DNA of 64,000 bases from Anaeromyxobacteraceae bacterium (GCA_047602405.1 JASGHJ010000001.1:1888001-1952000); one strand, 5' to 3'. Positions 21,401 to 32,844 are shown, counted from the stretch's first letter. Numbers and translations: made by a program. The notes: a model not told the origin generated them from the sequence alone.

Positions 21401-23921
21401 GGACCATCGTGTTGAGCGGGCGCGCGAGCACCGACTGGTGGCAGGTGGCGCACACCGTCCCGGGCGGTGTGAACGTGTGGCGCGGCGGGATGGTGCAGGG
21501 ATCGGTGATGAGCGGCGGATCGACGAAGCCGCGCGGAACGAGGCCCGCCGGTGGCGCGCAGCTGGGCCACGCACCCGAGGCCTGGAACGGCTGCTTCCCG
21601 TCCGGGGTCGTGATCGGGTAGTCGATGCGCGCCGGGTTGTGGCACTGCACGCAGACCGTCTCGGCGCGGATGAGGTAGCCGAGCGGCCCCTCGTGGATGC
21701 CCGGCGGGATCTGGCACGCGGGCAGCCCGGTCGTGCTGGGCGCGAGCGCCTGGTACTCGACGAGCGGCCGGTCGAGGTACTGGTGGCACGCGATGCAGTC
21801 GACGCGCGGCCCCTGGCCCTGGGGCCGGTGCTGGCTCGCAGGGTTCGCGGGATCGAACGCCTCGGCGACGCGGCCGCGGACCTTCCAGTAGCCGCCCGCG
21901 TAGTCGACGCCGAGCCCGGTGAGCCGGTCGAACGCGCGCAGGCCGTAGCCGATGTAGCCGCCGGGGAGGAGGTCGCGGAGCGGCGGGAGCCCGAGGACGC
22001 GCACCGGGGTGAGATCCCTGAGGACCATGCCCGCGGTCATGTCGAAGTGCACGCCCCACGCCCAGACCTGGCCGTCGTCGAGCAGCGCCGCGAACACGGC
22101 CTGCTCGGTGAGGAGCTTGCGGATGCCCACGCCCGCCGGGAACCCGGTGATCTGCGTGGGCACGAGGTTGCCGCCGGTGTACGGCAGCGAGGGATCGTGG
22201 GCCACGAAGGCCGGATCGGGCGCGGGGAAGCTGCCCCACTGCCACACCGTCCCGTCGGCCTTCACGACCGCGACGTCGAGGTCGCGCGCCGCGAGCTGCG
22301 TGACGCCCGCGAGCCCGGGGACCTTCGCCGGCGAGGTGGAGCGCCCGTTCCGCAGGCCGTCGCCGAGCAGGCCGTAGCCGGCCTCCGAGCCCCACGCCCA
22401 GACGGTGCCGTCCGCGAGCAGCGCGTAGCTCGCGACCGTCGTCGCGCCGACCGTGAGCGCCTTCGCGGGCAGCGTCACCTGGAGCGGCGTCGTCGAGCGG
22501 CGCAGCTCGGCCCCGGTCTTGCCCTGGCCGAGCTGGCCGTAGGCGTTGTCGCCCCACGCCCAGACGGTGCCGTCGGCGAGCCGCGCGACCGTGTGCGCGA
22601 ACCCGCCCGCCGCGAAGGTGAGCGTCGCGCCGGCGGGGAGCGTCGTGAGCTCGATGCCCGAGCCGCCGGTGGAGGACCGGTTGCCGAGCCCGAGCTCGCC
22701 GTTCACGTTGTCGCCGAGCGCGTAGATCCTGGGCGTGCCGCTCGCCGCGTCCGCCTTGAAGTACCCGCCGCCGTGCCCCATGTTCGCGAAGAGCCCCGCG
22801 GTGCGGGTCACGAAGGAGACCTTCTGGTCGGTGTTGCCCGGCTGCTTGCCGAGGGCGTTGCCCGCCACCCAGCCGGCGACCGTCGAGTACGCCTGGCCGC
22901 CGCTCGTGACCGAGCCGTCGAAGAGGTAGCCCTGGTAGCGCGTGTTGCCGAAGCTCACCAGCGGCGGGAGCTTCTGGGTGACCTCGGCCTTGCCGTAGCG
23001 CTCCACCTGCTGCGCGAGGCCGGAGACGAGCTCGGTGCCGAAGGCGCCGGGCTCGTAGGCGCGCCGGTCGGCGGGCGCGGCGGGGAGGGTGCCGTTCAGG
23101 CCGTCGAGGCGCCCGTCCTTCAGGTCCTCCGCGAGCTCGTCGGTGGCGTCGAGGCCGGGCGAGGTGGACGCGCCGTTCGCGCGCTGGGCGAGCTTCGTGA
23201 GGGCGCCCTCCACGAGCGCATAGCGGCCGCGGGCGTCCGAGCCGAGGCTGCCGGCCGCGTTCTTCGCGTTCCGCTGGCCCGGCAGGCGGGTCAGATCGTC
23301 GAGCTGCAGCGAGGCCGGAAGGAAGGCGTTCAGGACGCCCCGGACGCGGTCGTTCGCGGCCTGGAGCTGCGCCGCCGTGGGCACGCCGTCGACGCGCTCG
23401 GGTGTCGAGCCGGCGGTGAGGACCTGGTGGGCCGCCTCGGTGAACGCGGTGACGCCGACGTTGCGGCGCAGGATCGGCACCCACGCGTGGAGCACGCGGC
23501 CCTCGGGGAACGGCACCGCCGCGTCGAGGCCCTCGTCGTGGATCGTCGCGCTGGCGGTGCCCTTCACGACGACGTGCAGCCAGCCGGTGTAGGTCGGCGA
23601 GGGCTTCGCCGTCACGAGGCCGGTGGTCGCGTCGGTGGGCGCGCTGCCGAGGAGCTCGCCGTCGGCGAGCCACGCCTCCACGGTCGCGCCGAAGAACTTG
23701 CCGCCGATCGCGATCCCGCCCTGGCCGTCGGCGCCGGTGCCGACGCCGTTCACGCCACCGTCCGCGAGGTCCCAGTCGAGGTCGCCGGTGAAGCCGGTGG
23801 AGAGGAGGTTCTTCGCCTGCGGCGGCGGGGAGCCGTCCGGCGCCGGGTCGAGCTTCACGGTGCAGCTGGCCACGGCCAGCGGCATCGCGGCCAGGAGGGC
23901 GAGGCGGGTCGGTGCGCGCAT
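18483..23921 (-). CDS. Giant lipoprotein: RCC1-like repeats, multiheme c segment, tandem Ig-like (Big) domains, C-terminal heme motif
   Basis: Lipobox VASC; DGTVWAWG.N..GQLG repeats; CIACH, CVQCH, CATCH, CIGCH; repeated D.TP...GTL...DGTY.YTAR..D.AGN units. Confidence 0.85.
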   Translation of the reverse strand: MRAPTRLALLAAMPLAVASCTVKLDPAPDGSPPPQAKNLLSTGFTGDLDWDLADGGVNGVGTGADGQGGIAIGGKFFGATVEAWLADGELLGSAPTDATTGLVTAKPSPTYTGWLHVVVKGTASATIHDEGLDAAVPFPEGRVLHAWVPILRRNVGVTAFTEAAHQVLTAGSTPERVDGVPTAAQLQAANDRVRGVLNAFLPASLQLDDLTRLPGQRNAKNAAGSLGSDARGRYALVEGALTKLAQRANGASTSPGLDATDELAEDLKDGRLDGLNGTLPAAPADRRAYEPGAFGTELVSGLAQQVERYGKAEVTQKLPPLVSFGNTRYQGYLFDGSVTSGGQAYSTVAGWVAGNALGKQPGNTDQKVSFVTRTAGLFANMGHGGGYFKADAASGTPRIYALGDNVNGELGLGNRSSTGGSGIELTTLPAGATLTFAAGGFAHTVARLADGTVWAWGDNAYGQLGQGKTGAELRRSTTPLQVTLPAKALTVGATTVASYALLADGTVWAWGSEAGYGLLGDGLRNGRSTSPAKVPGLAGVTQLAARDLDVAVVKADGTVWQWGSFPAPDPAFVAHDPSLPYTGGNLVPTQITGFPAGVGIRKLLTEQAVFAALLDDGQVWAWGVHFDMTAGMVLRDLTPVRVLGLPPLRDLLPGGYIGYGLRAFDRLTGLGVDYAGGYWKVRGRVAEAFDPANPASQHRPQGQGPRVDCIACHQYLDRPLVEYQALAPSTTGLPACQIPPGIHEGPLGYLIRAETVCVQCHNPARIDYPITTPDGKQPFQASGAWPSCAPPAGLVPRGFVDPPLITDPCTIPPRHTFTPPGTVCATCHQSVLARPLNTMVPTCAQPSSGLLPTLETTATVTGATDAAALPIPPGGLVATRAPVIYGSLSAPLDSGESLEVSRSGAVAGTANATGTAWTFTDAAPADGTFTYTARVVSGVDFGATSNGFTFSIDATPPAQLAAITGFQDDLLGAVTPGGFGTDTTPVVNGTLTAGLAADEALQVLRDGSLVGSATVSGTGWTYAEAAALTLAAHAYAARVIDLAGNVGASSPAATYTAVGALPGASITHVTAGGAPLASGASTTSRTLVVSGTLTAALQPGYALRIRRNGVDAGAAAATGTTWSFTDSSLADGTYAWTARVEAGLVLGNFSGPWSATVDTVPPAQVANVTGIADDFNGALADGATTADPTPLVSGTLSAALGAGEQVQVLRGGVAVATVAASGLTFGFAEPTSLANGTYAYTARVLDAAGQLGPASGASRSVVVNTSSVPLIGAATTLATIDGVAPVNSAVALNNVRTPVLAGTLQRALVAGEVVKVYRDNVAVGNGTVTTTSWTFTSASLADGTYAFRARIEQAANAAVFGLTSASVSDPIDGTAPTQGATISTIYDDSGALAVRTDTYSTDVTPRIDGTLTAALAATDYLRLTRDGVEIAKLRPAGTTWSYVEPAAVALGSHAYGADVRDDAGNGGTAAASPTHTVNLILATSLPNATITSAAVSGTGSPTRPNGTVVASGGAIPDTTPTLTVTLAAALPAGYQVEVLRDGAQAGTPLSTCASPCTFTDSGATQGLHAYTVHTLAGPIAGTASGTYSLTVDTVAPAQTITLNQVRSDFAPTTAPAGATNPASNLIANGGNTDDATPIFRFTLSGALGAGESISLRRGTTPLVVTPSNVCGANCYEASLDTGLTVVDTTSTALPAYNPASPALQPVSGSPVSFNIRVVDAAGNEGTATAAFTVNVGYFRCDQARADAAYLAVNGINHSTISFAGNTLASCIGCHAQPTAPGHPVGGATPAGFFVAVPATPSAVERYWCGRPP

Positions 23922-24104
23922 GGATGTCGGTTCCCCCACCGGGGAAACGGCCCCCGGGCCGGCCGCCGGGCGGGCGTCCGTACCAGGGTGTCCGATGTAA
24001 GCGAGGCGTTTCGCCGCACTCGAGCCATCGGGGGGTCCCGTGAGGGAGTGAACCCCGTACGGGGCCCGCAGGGAGGGCGCGATCCGCCCGCCCCCGGGGT
24101 CCGG

Positions 24105-24136
24105 TCACTCAGTTCAGTCTTGACTGAACCGAGTGA
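24105..24136. promoter_or_regulatory. Inverted-repeat operator, probably for the adjacent GbsR/MarR regulator
   Basis: tcactcagttcagtc-tt-gactgaaccgagtga, 15-bp arms with one mismatch, 20 bp upstream of the regulator start. Confidence 0.7.
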
Positions 24137-24155
24137 ACTCTCTAGACCGGGGCAC

Positions 24156-24734
24156 GTGACCGAGCACGAGCGCCACCTCCGCGAGTGGGTCGAGGAGCTC
24201 GCCGCGCAGCTGGAGGGCGACGGCCTGCCGCGCATGGGCGGGCGGATCTTCGCGTGGCTCCTCGTGTGCGAGCCGGCGGAGCAGTCGATGGAGGCGCTCG
24301 CCCGCGCGCTCGGGGGCTCGAAGGCCTCCATGAGCACGATGACCCGCCTCCTCGTGGGCGCGGGCTTCGTCGAGCGCGTTCGCCGGCCCTTCGAGCGGCG
24401 CGACGTGTTCCGGGTGCCGGAGGGCCAGTGGGGCCGGTTCTGGCAGGCGCAGATGGCCCGGCTCCACCAGGTCACGCAGATCCTGACCCGCGGCGCCGGG
24501 CTCGTCGCCGCCCGGCCCGCGCCGGTCCGCCGCCGTGTCGAGGACACGCTCGAGCAGTACCGGTTCCTCGAGGGCGAGCTCGAGCTGCTCGCGCAGCGCT
24601 GGCGGGAGCGCTTCCTCGCGGCTGAGCTCCGCGCCGCCGCCGGCGCGCCGGCCGGGGCGCCGCGGGATGGGGCGACCCCACGCCGCACCGGCAAGCCGCG
24701 CGCCGGTCGACCGCGGCCGCGGCCCCGCGCCTAG
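24156..24734 (+). CDS. GbsR/MarR family transcriptional regulator
   Basis: GLPRMGGRIFAWLLVCEPAEQSMEALARALGGSKASMSTMTRLL. Confidence 0.85.
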   Translation: MTEHERHLREWVEELAAQLEGDGLPRMGGRIFAWLLVCEPAEQSMEALARALGGSKASMSTMTRLLVGAGFVERVRRPFERRDVFRVPEGQWGRFWQAQMARLHQVTQILTRGAGLVAARPAPVRRRVEDTLEQYRFLEGELELLAQRWRERFLAAELRAAAGAPAGAPRDGATPRRTGKPRAGRPRPRPRA

Positions 24735-24786
24735 CATCCGCACCACACCCTCAGCGAAGCCCCAGCACGCAGCACCCGGAGCCCAA

Positions 24787-25487
<701 letters not shown>

Positions 25488-25491
<4 letters not shown>

Positions 25492-27677
25492 CGCCGAAGA
25501 GGGACAGCATCCGCATCCTCCTCACGATCGCCTTCCGGAACCTGCTCGCCTCGCCGGTCCGGACCGCGATCCTGGGTGGGATCATCCTGCTCGGCTCGCT
25601 CATCGTGGTGGTGGGCACGTCCGTGCTCGACTCCATCGATCGCGGCATGCGCACGAGCATCCAGGGCAGCCTCGGCGGCCAGCTCCAGCTCTACGACGGC
25701 CGCTCGGAGGACCAGCTCGCGCTCTACGGCGGCATGACCGGCGAGTCGCGCCTCGAGCCGATCGAGGACTTCTCGGTCGTGAAGGCGGCCCTCGAGAAGG
25801 TCCCCGGCGTGAAGCAGATCGTGCCGATGGGCATCGACCAGGCGATGGTCGCGACCGGCAACGCCTTCGACCTCGCCCTCGAGCGGCTGCGCAACGACGT
25901 GCGGCGCCTGGAGGCCGGCGAGCGGGGCCCGGAGCTCGAGCGTTCCTACACGGCGCACGTCGCGCACGTGAAGCGGATGATCGAGCTCCTCGCGGCGGAC
26001 TACGCGCAGGCGGCGGTCATCGTCGACCTCGACTCGAAGGAGGGCGCCGAGCGCCGCGCCGAGGCGAAGAGCCTGACCCGCGTGCGGGAGCCGGAGTTCT
26101 GGGAGGGCCTCGACCGCGACCGCTACGCCCGGCTCGAGTTCCTCGAGAACAAGATCGCGCCGCTCGTGATGGACGGCGGGTTCACCTTCCTGCGCTACGT
26201 GGGGACCGACCCGAAGGCGTTCTTCGAGGCGTTCCCCCTCGCCGAGGTCTCGAAGGGCCAGATGATCCCGGAGGGCAAGCGCGGCATCCTCGTCGGCGAG
26301 CAGTACGCCGACGAGTGGCTGAAGCTCAAGAACGCCCGCCGGCTCGACCAGATCCGCGACCGGCGGCGGGACCGCGGCAAGAAGATCGCCGACGACGAGG
26401 AGCTGCAGCGCTGGGTGCGCGAGAACCGGAGCGGGATCCGCGAGATCCAGCTCCAGCTCGACCCGGTGCGCGCCGAGGAGGTGGCGGCGGCCCTCAGGCC
26501 GGCGCTCGGCGGCGAGGGCGACGACCTCGAGAAGCTCCTCCAGAAGCTCTTCGCCACCACCGACCAGGACTTCGACCAGAAGTACAAGCTCTTCTACGAC
26601 GTGGTCGCGCCGAGGATCCGGCTCTACCAGGTGAACGTCGGCGAGACGATCACCATCAAGGCCCCGTCGAAGAGCGGCTACTTCAGCTCGATCAACGTGA
26701 AGGTCTACGGCTTCCTGCGCTTCAAGGGCATCGAGAAGTCGGGCATCGCCGGGATGATGTCGGTGATGGACATCCACTCCTTCCGCGACCTCTACGGCTA
26801 CCTCACGCCGGAGAAGCAGGAGGAGATCGCGGCGATGAAGGCGAAGCTCGGCGCGCGCGAGGTCTCGCGCGAGGACGCCGAGGCCGCGCTCTTCGGCGGC
26901 GGGGCCGCGCCGGCGGTGGAGGCGGAGGCGCGCTCGACCACCATCGACGACGCGAAGCTCGTGGCCGGGGCGGGGAGGGCGAACGCCCAGGCCGCGGCGT
27001 CCGCCGACCGCGTCTACACGGCGGCCGAGGTCGAGAAGGGCGTCGCGCTCAACGCGGCCGTCATCCTGAAGGACCCGGCCCACATGGCCGAGGCCCGCGA
27101 CGACATCGAGCAGGCCCTCGCCGCCGCGGGCCTGGGCTACCACGAGGAGAAGGACGCGAAGGGCGAGGTGGTCTCGAAGGCGGGCGTGAAGGTGCTCGAC
27201 TGGCAGACCGCCTCGGGCATCGTCGGCCAGTTCGTGACCCTGCTCCGGGTGGTGCTCTTCACCGCGGTCCTCATCTTCTTCGCCATCGCGCTCGTCATCA
27301 TCAACAACGCGATGGTCATGGCGACGCTCCAGCGCGTGAAGGAGATCGGCACCATGCGCGCCGTCGGCACGCAGCGGCGCTTCGTGGTGGTCATGCTGCT
27401 CGTCGAGATCGTGTCGGTGGGGCTCGTCTTCGGCCTCGGCGGCGCGGTGCTCGGCGGCGTGGTGGTGGGGCTCATCCGGCTCGCGGGCGGCATCCCCGCC
27501 ACCACCGACATGCTCTACTTCGTCTTCTCCGGCCCGGCGCTCTTCCCGCGCCTCGGCGCGCTCGCGGTGGGGACCTCGCTCACCATCGTGCTGCTCGTCG
27601 CGATCCTCTCCGCCCTCTATCCGGCGCTGCTCGCCATGAAGGTCTCGCCCGTCGAGGCGATGGCCACGGAGGAATGA
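25488..27677 (+). CDS. ABC transporter permease (FtsX/LolE-type) with large periplasmic region
   Basis: IAFRNL N-terminus, QRVKEIGTMRAVG, LYPALLAMKVSPVEAM. Confidence 0.9.
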
Positions 27678-28993
27678 CCGTGCTCCTCATGGACCTCGAG
27701 CTCGCGGGCCGCAACCTCGCCCGCCACGCCCGCCGGAACCTGTTCCTCGGCGGCGCGCTCGGCGCGGTGACCTTCCTCCTCGTGCTCCTCGGCGGCCTCA
27801 CCACCGCCATGGAGCAGGCGATGATGCAGTCCGCCGAGACGCTCCTCACCGGCCACGTCAACGTGGGCGGCTTCTTCAAGGTGACCGCCGGCAGCGCGGC
27901 GCCGCTCGTCTCGGACTACCCGAAGGCGCTCGAGACCCTGAAGAAGGAGGTGCCGGACATCGACTTCTACACCTCGCGCGTGCGCGCCTGGGCGAAGGCG
28001 GTCTCCGAGACCTCCTCAATGGACCTCGTGCTCGGCGGCATCGAGGTCGACGAGGAGCCGGCGCTCCCGAAGGTGCTCAACGTCATGGAGGGCAGCCTCG
28101 ACGAGCTCCGGAAGCCCGGCACGCTGCTCCTGTTCGAGGCGCAGGCGAAGCGGCTCAAGGTGAAGGTGGGCGACGCGATCACCATCTCCGCCCCGACCGC
28201 CCGCGGGGTTAACAACACCGCCGACGTGCGGGTGGCCGCGGTCGCCCGCGACGTGGGGCTGCTCTCGTCCTTCTCGGCGCTCATGGAGGCCTCCTCCGTG
28301 CGCGCGCTCTACGGCCTCAACACGACCACCACCGGCGCCATCCACGTGTACCTGAAGGACGCCTCGCCCGAGCACCTCAAGGCCGTCGCCGCGCGGCTGC
28401 GCACCGCCTACTCGAACGCGGGCTGGCGGGTGATGGAGCCGGAGGCGCAGCCGTACTGGATGAAGCTCATGCAGACGGTGCCGGCGGAGGACTGGACCGG
28501 CCAGAAGCTCGACATCACCACCGCCGACGACGAGATGGGGCAGTTCAAGCAGTTCATCACGGCGCTCCGGGTGGTGACCGGCCTGCTCGTCTTCATCCTC
28601 ATGATCGTGGTGGTCATCGGCATCCTCACGACGCTCACGATCGCGGTGCGCGAGCGGACGAAGGAGATCGGCACGCTGCGCGCCATCGGCATGCAGCGGA
28701 CGAAGGTGCTCTGGCTCTTCGTGCTCGAGACCGGGCTCCTCGGCCTCCTCGGCACCCTGGCCGGGGCCCTGGGCGCGGCCGCGCTCGCCGGCCTCGTCAA
28801 CCGCGCCTCCATCGCGCTGCCCGCCGCGGTCCAGGTGTTCCTCGCGATGGACCACCTCCGCATCGCGCTCGTCCCCGCCGCGATCCTCGGAAACATCGTG
28901 TTCCTCACGGTCGTGACCGTGTTCGCCTCGATCTTCCCCGCCCGCCGCGCCGCGCGCCTGAAGCCCGTCACGGCCATGCACCACATCGGATGA
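27674..28993 (+). CDS. ABC transporter permease (FtsX/LolE-type)
   Basis: LAGRNLARHARRN, ERTKEIGTLRAIG, PARRAARLKPVTAM; ATGA overlap. Confidence 0.9.
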   Translation: MTVLLMDLELAGRNLARHARRNLFLGGALGAVTFLLVLLGGLTTAMEQAMMQSAETLLTGHVNVGGFFKVTAGSAAPLVSDYPKALETLKKEVPDIDFYTSRVRAWAKAVSETSSMDLVLGGIEVDEEPALPKVLNVMEGSLDELRKPGTLLLFEAQAKRLKVKVGDAITISAPTARGVNNTADVRVAAVARDVGLLSSFSALMEASSVRALYGLNTTTTGAIHVYLKDASPEHLKAVAARLRTAYSNAGWRVMEPEAQPYWMKLMQTVPAEDWTGQKLDITTADDEMGQFKQFITALRVVTGLLVFILMIVVVIGILTTLTIAVRERTKEIGTLRAIGMQRTKVLWLFVLETGLLGLLGTLAGALGAAALAGLVNRASIALPAAVQVFLAMDHLRIALVPAAILGNIVFLTVVTVFASIFPARRAARLKPVTAMHHIG

Positions 28994-29775
28994 CCGCCAT
29001 GAACCGCCTCGCCACCGCCGCCGCCCTCGCCCTCGCCGGCCTCCTGGCCGGGCCCGCCCGCGCCCTGACCGACGCGGAGCTCGCCTCCATCGTGAAGGTC
29101 ATCGACGACCGCCAGCGCAACTCCGGCGACTGGAAGGCGCTCTGCTGGATGGAGGCGAAGGAGAAGGGCAAGACCGACGTCGTCTACGAGCTGCTCGTCT
29201 ACCGCCGCGACGCGGACGACAAGCAGATGTTCCTGTTCACGAAGCCGAAGGCGGAGGCGGGGAAGGGCTACCTGCGCCTCGACAAGAACCTCTGGCTCTT
29301 CGACCCCTCGACCGGCCGGTGGGAGCGCCGCACCGAGCGGGAGCGCATCGGCGGCACCGACACCCGCCGCGGCGACCTCGACGAGTCGCGCCTCGCCGAG
29401 GAGTTCGACGCGAAGTACCTCGGCGAGGGCACCCTGGGCGCCTTCACCGTCCAGAAGATCCAGCTCGACGTGAAGCCGAACGTGGACGTCGCGTTCCCGC
29501 GCATCGAGCTGTGGGTCGACAAGGCGACGCTCAACGTGCTGAAGCGCTCGGAGTACGCGCTCTCCGGGAAGCTGATGCGCACGAACTACTACCCGCGCTG
29601 GAAGAAGATCTACTCCGAGTCGAAGAAGGGCGAGGTCTGGTTCCCGGAGGAGATGCGGATCTTCGACGAGATCGAGAAGGGCAACTCGACGACCATCCTG
29701 ATCAAGGAGGTCGACCTGAGGCCCCTCGAGGCGAACATGTTCACGAAGGCGTGGCTGGAGTCGAAGTCCAGGTAG
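28990..29775 (+). CDS. LolA-like outer-membrane lipoprotein-sorting protein
   Basis: Signal peptide; FTKPKAEAGKGYL...NLWLFDP, LWVDK; typical position after Lol-like permeases. Confidence 0.75.
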   Translation: MTAMNRLATAAALALAGLLAGPARALTDAELASIVKVIDDRQRNSGDWKALCWMEAKEKGKTDVVYELLVYRRDADDKQMFLFTKPKAEAGKGYLRLDKNLWLFDPSTGRWERRTERERIGGTDTRRGDLDESRLAEEFDAKYLGEGTLGAFTVQKIQLDVKPNVDVAFPRIELWVDKATLNVLKRSEYALSGKLMRTNYYPRWKKIYSESKKGEVWFPEEMRIFDEIEKGNSTTILIKEVDLRPLEANMFTKAWLESKSR

Positions 29776-29780
29776 CCACC

Positions 29781-31371
29781 ATGAGAACCTTCGCGCTCGT
29801 CGTCGTCGCTGCGCTGCCGGCGCTGGCTCTCCCTCAGGAGCGTCCCACCGAGGACGAGCTTCTTCGGGAAGCCCGCCGCGCCCGCGGAGCCCTCCACGCA
29901 GAAGCCGCCGCCCGACCCGGGCGACCGCGCCGCGCACGAGGCCGAGATGTTCGGCTCCACTGGCGCGCCCGCCTCGCAGCCGCCGCCGCCCGAGGGGCTC
30001 ATCAAGAAGGACCAGGAGGATCCGCTCAAGATCGGCGGGCAGGTCTACCTGCGTGGCCAGGCCGCCTGGTACGAGCGCCAGTCGGGCTCGGAGGGTCCGC
30101 TCTCCACCCCGAACCTCGTCGACCTCTTCCTCGACGCGCGCCCCAACGACCGCGTCCGCGCCTTCGCGCTCGCGCGCACGAGCTGGAATCCCACCGGCGG
30201 CGGCTCGGCCGGGCCGTTCCAGGACCTCCTCGGCGCGCTCGGCGTGCCGCCGGCCTCCACCGCGAGCACGCAGCCCCGCGCCGTGCTCGACCAGCTCTGG
30301 CTCAACTTCGACGCGGACCGGAAGGTCTTCGTCACGGTCGGCAAGCAGCACGTGAAGTGGGGCGTGGGCAAGTTCTGGAACCCCACCGACTACCTCCACC
30401 CCACGAAGCGCGACCCGCTCGCCGTCTTCGACGCGCGCACCGGCACGACGATGATCCGCGCGCACGTGCCCTGGGAGAAGTACGGCTGGAACTTCTACGG
30501 CATCGGCCTCCTCGAGGACGCCTCCGGCGCGGCGCAGCCGGTCGACACCGTCGGCCGGGTCGGCGGCGGCGCGCGCGCCGAGCTCGTCCTCGGCGCCGCG
30601 GAGCTCGGCCTCGACGCGCTCGTGCAGAAGGGCAACCACCCGCGCTTCGGCGTGGACCTCTCCGCCGGCATCTGGGAGCTCGACCTCTACTCCGAGCTCG
30701 CGGTGCGCACGCAGACCGACGTCGGCCGCTGGAGACAGGTGGACGCGACGGCCGGGCTCAACCAGCGCTACGCGCGGGTGGAGAGCTCCGGCTTCGAGCC
30801 GCAGCTCGTGGTGGGCGGCAGCTGGACGCGGCAGTACGGGAAGGACCAGGACACGTTCACGCTGGGCCTCGAGTACTTCTGGAACGGCTTCGGGTACGAC
30901 GACCCGCACATCTACCCGTTCCTCCTCGTCGGCGCGCCCGCCTGGAACGGCAAGGAGCCGGTCGTCGGAGGCGTGCCGAGCGACTACCTCACGTTCCGCG
31001 ACCCGCGCGCGTTCACGTCCTTCTACCTGGGCCGGCACTACCTCGGCGCGTACGCGATGCTGCCGCAGCCCGGCTCGTGGAACGACACCACCTTCACGCT
31101 CTCGGCGCTCGGAAACGTCACCGACAAGAGCTTCGTGGTCCGGCTCGATCACTCGGTGCTCGTGAACACCTACCTGCGCGTCGAGACCTTCGTGTCCGTG
31201 AACGGCGGCGCGAAGGGCGGCGAGTTCCGCCTGGGCCTCGACCTCGAGCCGCAGCTCGTGGTGAAGGGCGTGGCGCCGGACCCGGACATCTACTTCCCGG
31301 CGCAGGGGTCCACGCTCTCCATCCCGGCCCCGGTCGTGTCGGCCGGCGTGGCGTTGAGGGTGAGCCTCTAG
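29781..31371 (+). CDS. Putative outer-membrane beta-barrel protein; +1 frameshift near 29860
   Basis: Signal peptide from ATG 29781 joins the 29947 ORF if one T is removed; TVGKQHVKWGVGKFWNPTD; amphipathic C-terminal strand. Confidence 0.7.
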
Positions 31372-31464
31372 ACCGAGATCTTTGTCAGGAACGCCTGCAG
31401 GACGAGCTCCGGGCCACGTCCCCCTGCTCCCCCGGCACAGCTGGGGCTCGGATACACTGCGGGT

Positions 31465-32844
31465 ATGTGTCCCGCCTCCGCAGCTGCCGCGCGCTGTACC
31501 CGCCATCCGGGTGTCAGGGCCGGCTGGCGCTGCACGGCGTGCGGCTCGGCGCTGTGCCCCGGCTGCACGTACGTGGCCCGGGCAGGTGGGCTCGACCTCC
31601 CATCGTGCGTGTCGTGTCGCGGCCTCGCCGAGGTGCTGAAGGCGCCGCGCTCCGAGCTCACGTCCTACCTCCAGCACGTGGGCCGGGCGCTCCGCTACCC
31701 AGTGAAGCCGGCGTCGATGCTGGCCATCTTCGGGTGTGCGCTCGTGATGCTGATGGTGTCGTTCGTGCCCCTCATCGGTGGGTTCGCCGCCTTCGGGATC
31801 CGGTGGTCGTTCCTGCTCGCGATCATCCGCCAGGCCTCTCGCGGCGCGGACGAGTTCCAGGCGCCGGAGGCGGCGGACCCGTGGGATGGCATCCTGGCCC
31901 CCGGCGCGCGGGGCCTCATGGCGCTCGCGATCCTGTGGGTGCCGGCCATCTTCCGCGCGGGGAGCCTCCTCGCCTCCGGGCGAGTGGAGTCGGCCGCCGA
32001 CCTCTACGGCGACCCGATCCTCTGGCTCCTCCTCCTCGCGAGCGCGCTCTACGCCCCGGCGGCCGTGCTTGTCGCGGCGTTCGGAACGTCGATCGGGATG
32101 TTGAACCCGCTGCACGTGCTCGGCACTGCCTACCGCTTCGGAAGGGACTACCTGTACGCGGTGGGCGCCGTGCTGCTCGTGTTCTTCGCGAGCTACGTGT
32201 TCGAGGCCGTCGTCCCGAGCGCGTTCGGCTCGATCTTCCTGGTGTCGGCCCTCCTCCGTGAGACGGCGGAGCTCGTCCCTTCGGCCTTCGCGGCCTACCT
32301 GCTGGGACTGCTGGTGTTCGTACGAGGGGACGCGATCGAGCTCGGCCCGGCTTCGGACCATCTCGTCCCCGTACTGGGCGACGCCGTCCCGCGGGGCGCC
32401 GCGCCGCCCGACCTGGCCACCGTGCCCGTTCGCCCGGATCGCCCGGAGCCCATCGCGCTCGAGCCGGAGCCGGCGCCAGGCCCGGCGGACGAGATAGCCC
32501 GACTCGTGGCCGCCAGCGACCTCGCGGGCGCGGCGAGGCTCTTCGAGGCGCACCGGAGGACGCCGCTGGTGCTCACCCCGGCCGTGCTGTTCGAGGTGGG
32601 CCGCGGCGCCTCGCAGGCGGGCGCGCACGCCGTCGCCGCGGAGGCGCTTCACCGCGCCGCTCGCAGCGAGGATCCTGCCGTGGCGCCCGCCGCGATGCTC
32701 GTCCTGGCGAGGATCCTGGAACGCCGGCTCTCGAGGCCCGCGGACGCCCAGCGCCTGTATCTCCATCTCGTGCGGCATCACGGCGACACCGACGCTGGCC
32801 GCCAGGCGAAGGCTGCGCTCGGGGTGGGCGCCCCCGGGGGCTGA
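31465..32844 (+). CDS. Membrane protein with N-terminal B-box-like Zn finger and C-terminal TPR-like helices
   Basis: CTRHP....WRCTACGSALCPGC...CVSC; several TM segments; helical C-terminus. Confidence 0.7.
   Translation: MCPASAAAARCTRHPGVRAGWRCTACGSALCPGCTYVARAGGLDLPSCVSCRGLAEVLKAPRSELTSYLQHVGRALRYPVKPASMLAIFGCALVMLMVSFVPLIGGFAAFGIRWSFLLAIIRQASRGADEFQAPEAADPWDGILAPGARGLMALAILWVPAIFRAGSLLASGRVESAADLYGDPILWLLLLASALYAPAAVLVAAFGTSIGMLNPLHVLGTAYRFGRDYLYAVGAVLLVFFASYVFEAVVPSAFGSIFLVSALLRETAELVPSAFAAYLLGLLVFVRGDAIELGPASDHLVPVLGDAVPRGAAPPDLATVPVRPDRPEPIALEPEPAPGPADEIARLVAASDLAGAARLFEAHRRTPLVLTPAVLFEVGRGASQAGAHAVAAEALHRAARSEDPAVAPAAMLVLARILERRLSRPADAQRLYLHLVRHHGDTDAGRQAKAALGVGAPGG

Noticed and set aside
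18576..24155. Very long alternative-frame and antisense ORFs (e.g. 2052, 1901, 1665, 1519 aa) here and elsewhere
   Set aside because: Arg/Gly/Pro-rich shadow frames expected at this GC content, overlapping well-supported genes and lacking motifs.
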